From the IMG/VR virus record IMGVR_UViG_3300031521_000001: a DNA stretch of 64,000 nucleotides; one strand, 5' to 3'. Below are positions 20,019 to 28,514 of this stretch, in pieces. Made by a program: the position numbers and the translations under genes. Origin of the DNA: a virus. The notes under the pieces are model-generated. The model saw only the letters and a list, made by a program, of their open reading frames with translations. It was not told the DNA's origin and ran no database searches. The first letter of the stretch is position 1, and every line of letters starts with the position of its first letter.

Positions 20019-20999
20019 TTATTTAATCCATTTTTTAATAGAATTTCCAGTAACTCCATACTTTCTACCAACAGATTCTAAACTTGTTTCTTTTACCATC
20101 AAAATCAAATCATCTTTAGAAGGTCTTTCTAATACCTTTCTTTGTAATAAATGTGCACACTTTACACACCTAATAGAAGTTTTCCATATTTTTTCTCCAC
20201 AATTTATACAATAAGTATAGTTATCTTTATATTCTATTATTGGTTTATTATTAGATAAATTATTAATATATTCTAATAACCCAGTAATATATTTTTCTTT
20301 TTCTGTTCTTGTCATTTTTTGATAATCACTCCATTTTATTCTTATTATATCCCATCCATCAGATATCAAATATTTATTTTTTCTTATATCTGATTCTACT
20401 ATTTTTTTATCTAAGTAATGTTGATCTCCATCTATTTCAATTGCTATTTTTTTATTAGTTATAGAAAAATCTATATGATATAAACTTGATTGTACATATT
20501 TTTCATATTCAAATTTACCATTAAATATTTCATCAAAATATCTCTCAGGATAACTTGGACCTTTGCTATAATGATTTAACAAATAAGGAACTTTTTCTGG
20601 ATGTTCTTTTAAATATTTTGTTCTACTTATTGATATTTTCTTTTTTACTTCTTCACTATGGTATCTTTTTGTTTTTTTTCTTGATATTATAAATGATTCA
20701 CTTTTACTTCTAGTCTTAAATAAATTAGATTCAACAGCTTTATTTAATGTGGAATTATTTATATTAAATTTTTTAAGAACATCATCCCACATATTATTCA
20801 AATTATAATAATTTTGAACATCCACCCAATTAACATATTCAAATAATGTTTTTTTACATTTATTATCAGAATTAATAGTTCTAACTTTACCTCTTATTGA
20901 ATCTTTTGATATATTTAATAATTTAGATAATTCTTCATATGATTTATTCAAATTTTCACTTAATATTTTAATTTCATTTTCATCCCATTCTTTTTTCAT
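20019..20999 (-). CDS. DUF559/Vsr-like homing endonuclease
   Basis: YHIDF, IAIEIDGDQH, D..KNKYL..GWDIIRI. Confidence 0.85.
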   Translation of the reverse strand: MKKEWDENEIKILSENLNKSYEELSKLLNISKDSIRGKVRTINSDNKCKKTLFEYVNWVDVQNYYNLNNMWDDVLKKFNINNSTLNKAVESNLFKTRSKSESFIISRKKTKRYHSEEVKKKISISRTKYLKEHPEKVPYLLNHYSKGPSYPERYFDEIFNGKFEYEKYVQSSLYHIDFSITNKKIAIEIDGDQHYLDKKIVESDIRKNKYLISDGWDIIRIKWSDYQKMTRTEKEKYITGLLEYINNLSNNKPIIEYKDNYTYCINCGEKIWKTSIRCVKCAHLLQRKVLERPSKDDLILMVKETSLESVGRKYGVTGNSIKKWIK

Positions 21000-21076
21000 A
21001 TTATAATATTTTTAATGTATATATTAAATATAAAAAATAGCTTTAAACTTGATTAAAAAATAATGAGTTCATGTTG

Positions 21077-21158
21077 TGCTCCAACTGGGACTCGAACCCA
21101 GAATGACTTTCGTCCCCGCCTTAAAAGGGCGGTGCCTTACCAATTTTGCTATTGGAGC
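21077..21158 (-). tRNA. tRNA-Lys(TTT) with long variable arm
   Basis: ccgcc-ctTTTaa-ggcgg; V-arm gac-gaaa-gtc. Confidence 0.85.
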
Positions 21159-21170
21159 ATTTTTTAAAAC

Positions 21171-21204
21171 AAAAAAAATCCAAACTTTTTGAGTTTGGAT
21201 TTTT
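21171..21204 (-). terminator. Intrinsic terminator/attenuator immediately upstream of tRNA operon
   Basis: Minus strand AUCCAAACU-caaaa-AGUUUGGAU followed by U-tract. Confidence 0.85.
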
Positions 21205-21228
21205 ATATTTCTTTTACATTTATTAATG

Positions 21229-21336
21229 TTAACTTATATTTACAATAAGGCAAGAAGTATCTGTTCCAAACTCGGTTTTTCTAAACCAGAATTTAAAGGA
21301 TTTTGATGAACTACTATGTTTACTTATTGATCTCAT
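21229..21336 (-). CDS. Putative attenuator leader peptide MRSISKHSSSSKSFKFWFRKTEFGTDTSCLIVNIS
   Basis: 35 codons; codons 5-18 only S/K/H/F/W; contains GAGTTTGGA complementary to terminator 5' arm. Confidence 0.75.
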   Translation of the reverse strand: MRSISKHSSSSKSFKFWFRKTEFGTDTSCLIVNIS

Positions 21337-21438
21337 GATTTCTAAATTTTTATCTTGTTGTGTTTTTTATTCTTTGTTATATATAATAGAAAAAAAGTCA
21401 TTTTTTTCTATTTTTGTTTTTCTTTTAATATGATAGTA

Positions 21439-21470
21439 CAAAAGTACAATAAAGTTTTCAATCTACCAAA
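21439..21470 (-). promoter_or_regulatory. Bacteroidota-type primary sigma promoter driving leader/tRNA operon
   Basis: TTTG-N20-TACTTTTG on minus strand. Confidence 0.75.
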
Positions 21471-21504
21471 CATTTATTGAATTATTTTTAAAATAATTAT
21501 TATT

Positions 21505-21975
21505 TTACTGATAATCTTCTGTTTGAATAATTCCAAACTTATGAAAATATCTTAATGGTCTCCATTTGTGGTTATTCACATAGAATCCCCATTTATGATA
21601 TGGTTTTGAACACAATAAAATTGTCCATGCACCTTCTTTTGGGATATCTAAGTAATGTCTTTGTTCTGCTTTCATAAAACGTGGTTTCCATGCTTTAGCT
21701 AAATACTTAACAGGATTTCCGTTTTCATCTGGTATTACATTAAAGTAATTACCTTTTATTATTATTGATATTAAATCACATGAATGATCATGGAAATAAC
21801 GTCTATCATCTGACCTAAGCCAATGATGCAATCTAAATGTATAACCGAAAATAATAAATGTCCATCTATATAAATATGGACATTCTTTTATTCCCATAGG
21901 TTCTTTAATCCTGATTTGAAGTTTATTTCCAAATGGAAAATCTTCATGATTTTTAAAGACTAACAATTTTCCCAT
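21505..21975 (-). CDS. Cupin-like phage protein
   Basis: LHHWLRSDDRRYFHDH...H...WGF. Confidence 0.65.
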   Translation of the reverse strand: MGKLLVFKNHEDFPFGNKLQIRIKEPMGIKECPYLYRWTFIIFGYTFRLHHWLRSDDRRYFHDHSCDLISIIIKGNYFNVIPDENGNPVKYLAKAWKPRFMKAEQRHYLDIPKEGAWTILLCSKPYHKWGFYVNNHKWRPLRYFHKFGIIQTEDYQ

Positions 21976-21991
21976 TTATTATAATTTGTTG

Positions 21992-22178
21992 TCAGTTGGG
22001 AAGGATTCGAACCCCCTATCTTTTGCCTGTTTTGATATTAACAATATTAATCTCTCATTTTCAGACATTCTCAACATTAGCTAATTGTATTGAATTTCTT
22101 ACTTCTTTAAAATTTTTTCTTATTAATACGATTAGCTATAGACTAATCCAACTGCTCTACCTATTGAGCTACCAACCG
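21992..22178 (-). ncRNA. tRNA-like RNA with ~115-nt insertion in place of anticodon arm
   Basis: Acceptor cggttgg/ccaactg+A, D-arm gctc/gagc, T-loop TTCGAAT; no normal anticodon hairpin. Confidence 0.7.
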
Positions 22179-22196
22179 ATCTTTTTAATTTGTATG

Positions 22197-22228
22197 TAAA
22201 ATTACAATAAAGTTTTCATTCGACCAAA
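22197..22228 (-). promoter_or_regulatory. Bacteroidota-type promoter (repeat of the 21439 element) upstream of tRNA-like RNA
   Basis: TTTG-N20-TAATTTTA; ~45 nt near-identical to 21445-21490. Confidence 0.6.
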
Positions 22229-22492
22229 CATTTATTGAATTATTTTTAATCTTGTGAATGATCAAGCATTCTTTCTTCTAAATCTTTAATAATTGTAAGA
22301 GACAAATTTTCAAGTATGTCACTATTATCTTCATATGGAATATCACCAACTTTCAAATTTTCTTTATTTTTTACTCTGGTTATTCTACATTTATTTCTAT
22401 TATATGTACAAATATACCATTATATGAATTTCTTTTCCTTTGTAATCAATTCTTTCTACACATGATCCTTTAATAATATTAAATACATTTAT

Positions 22493-22642
22493 TTATTTTA
22501 CTAATCCGTTTGAATCAACATTCAATGTTGTCATATAATGTGGCTTATGTATATTTTTACTACTATAAAGTCCATATTTTGATGAACAACTACAAAATAA
22601 TACAGAAATAACGAAAACTAACAATACTTTTTTTGATTTCAT
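22493..22642 (-). CDS. Small putative lipoprotein (49 aa)
   Basis: MKSKKVLLVFVISVLFCSC signal/lipobox; promoter directly upstream. Confidence 0.5.
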   Translation of the reverse strand: MKSKKVLLVFVISVLFCSCSSKYGLYSSKNIHKPHYMTTLNVDSNGLVK

Positions 22643-22664
22643 ATTTTATTTTTTATTTGTAATA

Positions 22665-22696
22665 CAAAAGTACAACTATTTTTTCAATCCACCAAA
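22665..22696 (-). promoter_or_regulatory. Bacteroidota-type promoter
   Basis: TTTG-N20-TACTTTTG. Confidence 0.7.
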
Positions 22697-22720
22697 CATT
22701 AATAAAATTATTTCAATTTT

Positions 22721-23221
22721 TTATTCTATATCAACATCAAATTTAATACCTTCACTATTATAGTAATACATATCAATTTTATCATATGAAGTATAAAATC
22801 CATCAAAATATGTTGGAATAGAATAAGAAAAGAAGTTATCTTCTTCTTGATAAGGTACTAAATCTTTAAAATCTTCATCAAAATCTTCATCTAATTCAGT
22901 TCTACATTCACAAAATCTACCCCAATTAATATCGCCGCCATAATTGTGTCCACATCTATCTTTTCCATAACCATACCATTTTGCAGCTTCATCAGCATCA
23001 CAAAAACCTACTCTACCTTTATTATCTAAATTTACGCAGTTATCAATAGAATCAATGAAATCAGATACATATTTTTTAAATTTAATATCTTCTAATTTAG
23101 ATTTTTCGAAGACAAAATTTATTTTTTCATACCCGTCAGCATCACCTTCCATGAAAGTTATCACAATTTCATAACAATCTTTTTTGTTGATGCTCTTTTT
23201 ATTTATTTTAAAGTCTTTCAT
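22721..23221 (-). CDS. Hypothetical protein
   Basis: 166 aa ORF, FMEGDADG. Confidence 0.6.
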   Translation of the reverse strand: MKDFKINKKSINKKDCYEIVITFMEGDADGYEKINFVFEKSKLEDIKFKKYVSDFIDSIDNCVNLDNKGRVGFCDADEAAKWYGYGKDRCGHNYGGDINWGRFCECRTELDEDFDEDFKDLVPYQEEDNFFSYSIPTYFDGFYTSYDKIDMYYYNSEGIKFDVDIE

Positions 23222-23224
23222 ATA

Positions 23225-23593
23225 CTAATTTATTACTAAGTAAGGCATTCCACCTGGTAGTGCATCCCATAATTCTCTTGGCATCAAATAAGTCATTTTA
23301 TCAACAGCAATACCTAAGCAAACTAATTCATCAACAGTAGCATGAAAATCTGTCCACTGAACACCCTTGTTATCCTCACACATATTAAGGAATGACCAAC
23401 CCCCACCCAAATCATGTTTAAAATTATCAGACAAATCATTTAGCACATCAGATATGTTTGATTTATTTTCTTCCAATTTCTTAATACAAAAATTTGCTTT
23501 TGTCAACACACCTTCAACAATTTTTACATCAACACTATCATTAGATAGACATTTTTTAAAAATGCCATGAACATTTTCTGCTGTTAGTTTCAT
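23225..23593 (-). CDS. Conserved hypothetical phage protein
   Basis: GGGWSFLNMCED...LPGGMPY. Confidence 0.65.
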   Translation of the reverse strand: MKLTAENVHGIFKKCLSNDSVDVKIVEGVLTKANFCIKKLEENKSNISDVLNDLSDNFKHDLGGGWSFLNMCEDNKGVQWTDFHATVDELVCLGIAVDKMTYLMPRELWDALPGGMPYLVIN

Positions 23594-23656
23594 AATTATT
23601 TATTTGTTATTTACAACAAAGATAACGAAAACATATCAAATAAAAAATTTTTTTAA

Positions 23657-24202
23657 TTATTTTTCACATAATTTTCTACGTTGTTTAATGAGGTCAATTA
23701 ATTCTTTTTCAAAATCAATATTAACTTCTTTTGCCATTGGTAAAATATATATTTCTGTTTGATCTAGGTAATGTGCTATCTTACCTGATGTGTGTGTATC
23801 TAAGTGTAAATCAGTAAGGTTACTAATTCTATCAGCACATTTTAATATTTTTGCTCTATCTGATCCATTTTTTAATAATCTTTCAAGATATACTTCTTTC
23901 GTCTCAGTTTTACTCTTAGAAACTTCTAAAATTAAATCCACAACCTCTGGTCCATCTTTATCAACATTTCGAATTTCAACAAGTCTTTCTGAACCGTTAT
24001 AATCTTCAACCAAATCATGCAAAACTGATGCTTTTAATAAAACTGGATCATCACAATATTTATAATCAATTAGAATACCAAGTGTAGCAAATTGATGTCT
24101 AAATTGATTACCTCCTGCTTTCCTACTAACACCAATCAAACCAGTGGCTATCATAATATAAGGTGCTAGACACACTTCTTTTAATGCTTTTAAATTACTC
24201 AT
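23657..24202 (-). CDS. HD-domain (p)ppGpp hydrolase-like protein (Mesh1/SAH type)
   Basis: ASVLHDLVED, LKCADRISNL. Confidence 0.75.
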   Translation of the reverse strand: MSNLKALKEVCLAPYIMIATGLIGVSRKAGGNQFRHQFATLGILIDYKYCDDPVLLKASVLHDLVEDYNGSERLVEIRNVDKDGPEVVDLILEVSKSKTETKEVYLERLLKNGSDRAKILKCADRISNLTDLHLDTHTSGKIAHYLDQTEIYILPMAKEVNIDFEKELIDLIKQRRKLCEK

Positions 24203-24641
24203 AATTAGACTGGTTTTGAATTTTACCTAATTTATTTTTCCTATCAATTTGTAATTTAAGTATATTATACTCAATTAAATTATTTATTACTATTTTTACT
24301 ATAAATGGCACCAAAACATGATCTCTTTTGAAATATGATGTTATTATAGTATAATCTTCATTTTTCATCTTTGAAAAAATATAAGGTAGTTCTACAATCT
24401 CATTGAAGGTACCCCAGTAGCAATAATTATTATTCCAATATTGTTTCCATTTACCATTTTTTGATACAGGAGGTTTTGAATTACCTCCAGTAGGATTTAC
24501 ACTATATACAACTTTAATTGAGTTTACTTCAGTTCTTACACTATCAACTTCAACTGAACACATACAAGTACAGATAACACCTTTTCTTGAATAATTTTTA
24601 GGTGTGGTAAAGCAATTATCAAAATTGATTGTTTTAATCAT
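24195..24641 (-). CDS. Hypothetical protein
   Basis: 148 aa; RKNKLGKI tag. Confidence 0.55.
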   Translation of the reverse strand: MIKTINFDNCFTTPKNYSRKGVICTCMCSVEVDSVRTEVNSIKVVYSVNPTGGNSKPPVSKNGKWKQYWNNNYCYWGTFNEIVELPYIFSKMKNEDYTIITSYFKRDHVLVPFIVKIVINNLIEYNILKLQIDRKNKLGKIQNQSNYE

Positions 24642-24652
24642 ATTTATATAAA

Positions 24653-24946
24653 TTAGAATTTTATTATTTCTTTAATTGCAACGCTATCAGATATACACAA
24701 ATTATTTAAATATTCCATTTCTATTAGTTTATCTGATACATCTTTATCTGATAAACCTTTCAATGTAAATTCACAATCTTTTCTGTCCAAATCCCTTTTA
24801 TGTGTATAAGGATTATATTGATATGTATCATATTTTATTATATAAACATCTTTTTTATACTCCAATTTTGACAAAGAATACACTAGAATTGATAGTATCA
24901 CTATAGCAAACACAAATCTAATTATTAATATTTTTATTATTTTCAT
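24653..24946 (-). CDS. Hypothetical membrane-anchored protein
   Basis: N-terminal hydrophobic helix. Confidence 0.55.
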   Translation of the reverse strand: MKIIKILIIRFVFAIVILSILVYSLSKLEYKKDVYIIKYDTYQYNPYTHKRDLDRKDCEFTLKGLSDKDVSDKLIEMEYLNNLCISDSVAIKEIIKF

Positions 24947-25389
24947 TATTTATAAGATTTTAATATTTTATCTGTATCTCTTTTAATATCTCTTTCTTTG
25001 ATATGTTCTTTTTTACTGTATGTATTTTTACCTTTTGCAATACAAATTGTAACTTTACAAAGTCCTTTATCGTTTATGAACATATTTTTTGCTATAATAG
25101 TAAAACCTTTTTCTTTTACTTTTTTACGAATTTTATACAATTCTTTCTTTTTAAGTAGAAGTTTTCTTGGTCTCCTTGGCTCATGATTATATCTATTACC
25201 AAATTCATATTCATCAATATGTGAGTTCAATAAAAACAATTCATCTCCTTGAAATGCACAATAACTATCAGCAATTGATGCTTTACCTAATCTTATTGAT
25301 TTTATTTCTGTTCCAACCAATACAATACCTGACACAAAATCATCAAGTAATTCATATTCGTAAGATGCTTTTTTATTTTTAACTATCAT
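24946..25389 (-). CDS. smpB: SsrA-binding protein SmpB
   Basis: NKKASYEY, GIVLVGTEIKSIR, HEPRRPRKLLL, AKGK. Confidence 0.95.
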   Translation of the reverse strand: MIVKNKKASYEYELLDDFVSGIVLVGTEIKSIRLGKASIADSYCAFQGDELFLLNSHIDEYEFGNRYNHEPRRPRKLLLKKKELYKIRKKVKEKGFTIIAKNMFINDKGLCKVTICIAKGKNTYSKKEHIKERDIKRDTDKILKSYK

Positions 25390-25457
25390 TTTAATGTTAT
25401 TTATTTTGTACAAAGATACACAATTTTTTTAAATATACAATAAATTACTAATAGAAT

Positions 25458-25829
25458 TTAATATAAATTATCAATATCATAAATCCAAAAATTTAATTTG
25501 CCTTTTATATTTTCGATAGGAATATCAAATAATATTGGATTTTTTAATATCCAATGATACATACCTTCTTCAGCCCAAATTGAGTTTGAATTTTTTATAC
25601 AATCAACAATTTCTACACTTCCAATTATTGAGCCAAATTTCATATTTTTATTTATATCAAATAAAATATGATTTTTTTGCTCTATACTTATGATAGATTT
25701 TGATATTTTTTTTGAAGAATGTATCAATACTCTACCTCTCACATTAGTTTTCCAACTACGATTTTCAACATCTTTTATTCCTGAACATATTAGATATGAC
25801 CATGGTTGTTTTATTGAAATTACTTTCAT
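25458..25829 (-). CDS. ASCH domain protein
   Basis: SIKQPW..I.SGIKDVENRSW..RGRVLIH. Confidence 0.9.
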   Translation of the reverse strand: MKVISIKQPWSYLICSGIKDVENRSWKTNVRGRVLIHSSKKISKSIISIEQKNHILFDINKNMKFGSIIGSVEIVDCIKNSNSIWAEEGMYHWILKNPILFDIPIENIKGKLNFWIYDIDNLY

Positions 25830-25831
25830 TA

Positions 25832-26200
25832 TTATTCAACATCTGATTCTAACAACTCATAAAAATTTGAATCATCATTAAACATAACATCTTCCATGAA
25901 TTGTGAAAATCTTTCATTATCAAACTCACGAATACAACACATTCCTTCTTCATAATCTGTAATACACTCAAATTCATTATCATCTTTTACTATAATACAT
26001 GAACCTTTACAATTATCACAATCACAACATTTTTCAACATCTAAAGATGACACTTCAGTTTTAAACCAGCAACTTGAGTATTCTTCATGTATATCTGAAA
26101 GAATTTTTTTTGTTTTTGATACATAATCTGAAATGTTCATCTTTACTATTTCTTTTTCATCAAATTCTTCACTAAAAAAATCAAAATTTATATTTTCCAT
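25832..26200 (-). CDS. Hypothetical Cys-rich acidic protein
   Basis: 122 aa ORF. Confidence 0.55.
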   Translation of the reverse strand: MENINFDFFSEEFDEKEIVKMNISDYVSKTKKILSDIHEEYSSCWFKTEVSSLDVEKCCDCDNCKGSCIIVKDDNEFECITDYEEGMCCIREFDNERFSQFMEDVMFNDDSNFYELLESDVE

Positions 26201-26208
26201 ATTATTAA

Positions 26209-27285
26209 TTATTCAAAAACGTTATCATCATAGAATTTTTCAATTGCCTCCTTATAAAATAAAACTTCTTTCATATTTATTGGACTGAAGTGATGTCCAT
26301 CTACACCAACATCCAATCCATATCTTTTTACCATTTGCCTACAATGAGCATGACCAAATAATGTAAAAAATTTCTTATCAGCATTCAATGGCTCATGTGT
26401 CATGAATAAATACTCATTTTTATCAAATTCATTGAATGGTAAAACTTTTTCTTCATCAATATTTGTTGAAATCATCAAGTCATTATAAACATTTTTAAAT
26501 CCTTTACCTATCAACATTTTTTTAAATGATTTAAAATCACCTTTGTAATCTTTATTCATCTCATCAATTTCATAATTACCTAATATCAAGAATATATTAC
26601 CATTTAATTTATTAATTACTGAATAATCTCCAAAATCACCCAAGTTATAAACATTATCATTAGGTTTTACTACTGAATTCCAACAATTTATCATACATTG
26701 ATCCATCTCTTCAACTGAATCAAAAGGTCTTTTAGACAATTCAAGAGTTCTTTTACTACCAAAGTGATCATCAGACGTAAAGAATGTATCTGGTTTAGAA
26801 TTAGATAGAACATCTATTTTATTTTTAACCTCTTTCAATAATTCATTATAAGTATTAAGAATTTTAACTCCATAATCTTTTTCAAGTCTATTCTTAATAT
26901 ATCTTTTCATTGGAAAATTATCATCAATTCCAATTATTATTTTTTTACTACATTTTGCTATCCATTCACCTACTTCAAATCTGGTAGTTTGTCCATACAT
27001 TCTACCTTCTATTTTTTCTTCTTCTTTTGGAAGCCAAAAAACAATAATATCTGATTCATTCAAATATTCAGTTTCCCATTTTACTTGTTCATCAAAATTA
27101 AATTTTGATTTGTCTAATGATTTTCTTCTTGGATTAGTAACTACCAAATTTTTGTAACCTGATAAATCATCACATATTTCTTTTTGCCAATTAGGAGCAC
27201 CTTGAATTGGTCCACCCAAAAAAACACACACATTATTACCTTTTTCTTCTTCAAATATTTCAGGACTTGTTATAATTTTTGTCAT
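26209..27285 (-). CDS. Nucleoside deoxyribosyltransferase-like domain fused to calcineurin-like metallophosphoesterase
   Basis: VFLGGPI..WQ..NPRR..QVKWE..RFEVG; then SDDHFG, LGDF, GNY, HEP, GHAH. Confidence 0.8.
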   Translation of the reverse strand: MTKIITSPEIFEEEKGNNVCVFLGGPIQGAPNWQKEICDDLSGYKNLVVTNPRRKSLDKSKFNFDEQVKWETEYLNESDIIVFWLPKEEEKIEGRMYGQTTRFEVGEWIAKCSKKIIIGIDDNFPMKRYIKNRLEKDYGVKILNTYNELLKEVKNKIDVLSNSKPDTFFTSDDHFGSKRTLELSKRPFDSVEEMDQCMINCWNSVVKPNDNVYNLGDFGDYSVINKLNGNIFLILGNYEIDEMNKDYKGDFKSFKKMLIGKGFKNVYNDLMISTNIDEEKVLPFNEFDKNEYLFMTHEPLNADKKFFTLFGHAHCRQMVKRYGLDVGVDGHHFSPINMKEVLFYKEAIEKFYDDNVFE

Positions 27286-27507
27286 TTATTATTTTTAATT
27301 TTTATAATATGATATACTCATAATATTATTTATATTTGTTTCTATTTTAGAATTTCTTTATTCAATTAATCTTCATCATTAATAGCTTCTAATTGAGAAA
27401 TTTTAATCAATTGTTTAGTTTCATTTATAGTAAAAACACGCCTACCACTATCATTAGTAAGAGTATCTATCAATAAATCTGTTTTTGTTTTCATATTTTA
27501 ATTTTTT

Positions 27508-28197
27508 TTATATTAGATGTACGATTTTTTTTGCTGCTTTAATACAACCCATCACATCTCCTTCACAATAAGTTTGAATTTTATCTAGTTCTTTAGTTTT
27601 CCAAAAATATTTATGTACATCTTTACCAGCCATAATATCTTTTGGACTATCTATACCTAATGTGTATAACATTTCATCAAATGAAACAATTTCTAATGTA
27701 CCAAGACTTTTCCAAACTTCAGCTAAATCAGCAACATTCATCTCCCATGGTTTAACACTATGAGTTTTAATTATTTTAGGAATTATATAACCATATTTTA
27801 ACATTTTTCTATTAAGCCATGGAATATCAAATCCTTTTATATAAAAACCACTCAATCCCAATAAAGAATTATTAGATACATTCATTAGGGATTTCTGTGT
27901 TTGTTTGATTATATATTCTTCATCCTCATTACATACAGACATCATTTTAATTTCATCATTTTTAGTAACTCGAGCCATGGAAACACAAACTACTCTACCA
28001 AACTCTGGAATCAAAGGTGATTTATTAAGATATACATCATTTGGGTCTTCTTTCCAATCTAAAAATTGTGGACTTTTTCTTTCTATTTTACGCATAAAAA
28101 GGTCATATCCTCTGATGTCGTTCTCTTTTAGAGATGACAAATCTGGATAAAACCCTGCAGTTTCAATGTCAATATATACTAAATCTTTATAATCCAT
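27508..28197 (-). CDS. PolB-related stand-alone 3'-5' exonuclease
   Basis: DIET, FDIP, YCEGDV. Confidence 0.8.
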   Translation of the reverse strand: MDYKDLVYIDIETAGFYPDLSSLKENDIRGYDLFMRKIERKSPQFLDWKEDPNDVYLNKSPLIPEFGRVVCVSMARVTKNDEIKMMSVCNEDEEYIIKQTQKSLMNVSNNSLLGLSGFYIKGFDIPWLNRKMLKYGYIIPKIIKTHSVKPWEMNVADLAEVWKSLGTLEIVSFDEMLYTLGIDSPKDIMAGKDVHKYFWKTKELDKIQTYCEGDVMGCIKAAKKIVHLI

Positions 28198-28214
28198 ATT
28201 ACATTTATACCATA

Positions 28215-28514
28215 TTATTTCATTAGTTTATTTAATTTATTTAATTTTTCTAATCTAATTATAATTGATACTAATTTAGATTCATTCTTTTCTAATTCAC
28301 TAAAAGTACGAAGATTTTTTAAATCTTCAATTAATTCTTCTAATTCTATAGTTTCCAATTTAATTTTTCTAATTTGCTTTTTTGCTAAATCATAATAATA
28401 TCCTCTATATTCAACAAAACTAAAAAAGTCTCTAATATCCATTTTAGTATAATCAGATGGAGTATCCAAATATATTTGATATGCTTTCCAGTCCAATTCT
28501 GTAAATTTCATCAT
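28215..28514 (-). CDS. Hypothetical protein
   Basis: Two RxxKL tags (IRKIKL, IRLEKL). Confidence 0.55.
   Translation of the reverse strand: MMKFTELDWKAYQIYLDTPSDYTKMDIRDFFSFVEYRGYYYDLAKKQIRKIKLETIELEELIEDLKNLRTFSELEKNESKLVSIIIRLEKLNKLNKLMK

Noticed and set aside
21996-22199. 67-aa plus-strand ORF
   Set aside because: Antisense to the tRNA-like RNA; no coding features
24946-25460. Canonical tmRNA gene adjacent to smpB
   Set aside because: No GGGG...TCCACCA tmRNA ends or Ala-tag frame found in this window
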